DNA of 37,977 nt from Myxococcales bacterium (GTDB lineage: Bacteria; Myxococcota_A; Polyangia; Haliangiales; J016): assembly GCA_014238595.1 (NCBI GenBank), contig JABAAV010000002.1:18417-56393 (forward strand), read 5' to 3'. The notes beneath the pieces were generated by a model. It saw only the letters and a list, made by a program, of their open reading frames with translations. It ran no database searches and was not told the DNA's origin. Positions within the stretch are counted from its first letter, which is position 1. Every line of letters starts with the position of its first letter. The translations under genes were made by a program, and so were the position numbers. Below, one piece after another: positions 37,385-37,977 of this stretch.

Positions 37385-37448
37385 AATCAGCTTATTGGAC
37401 ACTCAAGTTATTCGACAATCAGTTTATTGGACAATCAGGTTATTCAAT
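37385..37448. repeat. four tandem 16-nt repeats
   Basis: aatcagcttattggac / actcaagttattcgac / aatcagtttattggac / aatcaggttattcaat. The array lies 15 nt from the LRR gene stop codon. Confidence 0.85.
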
Positions 37449-37463
37449 ATCGCATCATGTTTG

Positions 37464-37977
37464 TTAGCAATCTTTGTTATTAAGAATGGCTATGGCAGTA
37501 GGAGGTTCAGTGAGATTGTCAATAATATCATCCACAATGGATTGACATAGATCTTGATTTTCTGAGATTATAAGCAATCCGTTCATTTCTGTGAGTATCG
37601 GTAGAGACAGATTGTTCAAACTTGGCATTGATTCGATTTTTAAATACTCTCCAATGGAAGTGAGCGCTGGAAGTGATAGCGATGTGATGAGGTCGTGGTA
37701 TGAGATCCACAGGTAACCTCCGACAGAGGTGAGCGCTGATAGTGATATCGATTCGAGGTCGTCTAGATCATAGATGCTCAGGTTATCCCCGGCAGAAGTG
37801 AGCGCTGGAAATGACATCGATGTGAGTCTTGGGAGTGAGTGGAATCTCAGGCCACCTCCGACAGATGTGAGCGCTGGAAGTGACATCGATGTGATCTTGA
37901 GTAGGTCTGTGATCCTCAGGCCACCTCCGACAGATGTGAGCACTGGAAGTGGTGGCAGTGATCTGAGTTTGTATAAG
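37464..37977 (-). CDS. leucine-rich repeat protein (23-aa / 69-nt units), 5' end beyond the right window edge
   Basis: The frame stays open upstream of the track GTG start (37943) to the window end (...LRSLPPLPVLTSVGG...). Units follow the pattern LTSMSLPALTSVGGGLRFHSLPR. The C-terminal cap is non-repeat (CQSIVDDIIDNLTEPPTAIAILNNKDC). Confidence 0.85.
   Translation of the reverse strand, partial: LYKLRSLPPLPVLTSVGGGLRITDLLKITSMSLPALTSVGGGLRFHSLPRLTSMSFPALTSAGDNLSIYDLDDLESISLSALTSVGGYLWISYHDLITSLSLPALTSIGEYLKIESMPSLNNLSLPILTEMNGLLIISENQDLCQSIVDDIIDNLTEPPTAIAILNNKDC

Noticed and set aside
37002-37386. Track ORFs 37002-37280 (92 aa) and 37141-37386 (81 aa) as real protein-coding genes.
   Set aside because: Both are read-through of the tandem units, and their peptides are themselves repeats (MFPIGNVILISMTSTPSH... 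occurs twice). They overlap each other in different frames and have no RBS or recognisable family.
36894-37448. CRISPR array.
   Set aside because: The units are 165-200 nt and contiguous, with no unique spacers. The 16-nt repeats are likewise back-to-back. No cas genes are in the window.

Overview
This is a compact bacterial chromosomal segment, roughly 40% GC by eye, with very little non-coding DNA and about 40 genes. Most are housekeeping. They include a partial mitochondrial-type aconitase that is missing from the ORF track because it has no stop codon in the window. Others are a PaaZ-like aldehyde dehydrogenase, polA, a MacB-type ABC efflux set (ATPase, two FtsX-type permeases, HlyD adaptor), yicC-gmk-rel, tmk, an NAD-dependent epimerase, a CoxE-type VWA protein, a gamma-CA-like protein, an rpoH-like sigma factor, rsmI-selA-rluD-pgeF and tolC. 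An AgmX/PglI-type TonB-C domain, a PRC-family dihaem cytochrome and Haliangium-like microcompartment shell genes suggest a Myxococcota-like, unusually low-GC organism; this is inference. Main observations: (1) A five-gene bacterial microcompartment operon (BMC-T / BMC-H / BMC-P / acylating aldehyde dehydrogenase with an N-terminal encapsulation-peptide-like helix / BMC-T) sits at 32.6-36.0 kb. No signature enzyme, phosphotransacylase or alcohol dehydrogenase is in the window, so its chemistry is unassigned. (2) An orphan T3SS basal-body pair (SctJ lipoprotein plus an SctI-like rod protein) is split by an oppositely oriented cytochrome c gene. (3) A solitary MutH/Sau3AI-like endonuclease carries an N-terminal SAP-like extension. 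(4) All three intergenic gaps longer than 150 nt are built from local tandem duplications that re-copy the ends of the flanking genes. (5) A long RelA/SpoT homologue keeps its hydrolase motifs but has substitutions at remembered synthetase catalytic positions. (6) A partial LRR protein gene made of 69-nt repeats lies at the right edge. I saw no rRNA, tRNA, CRISPR array, transposase or integrase.
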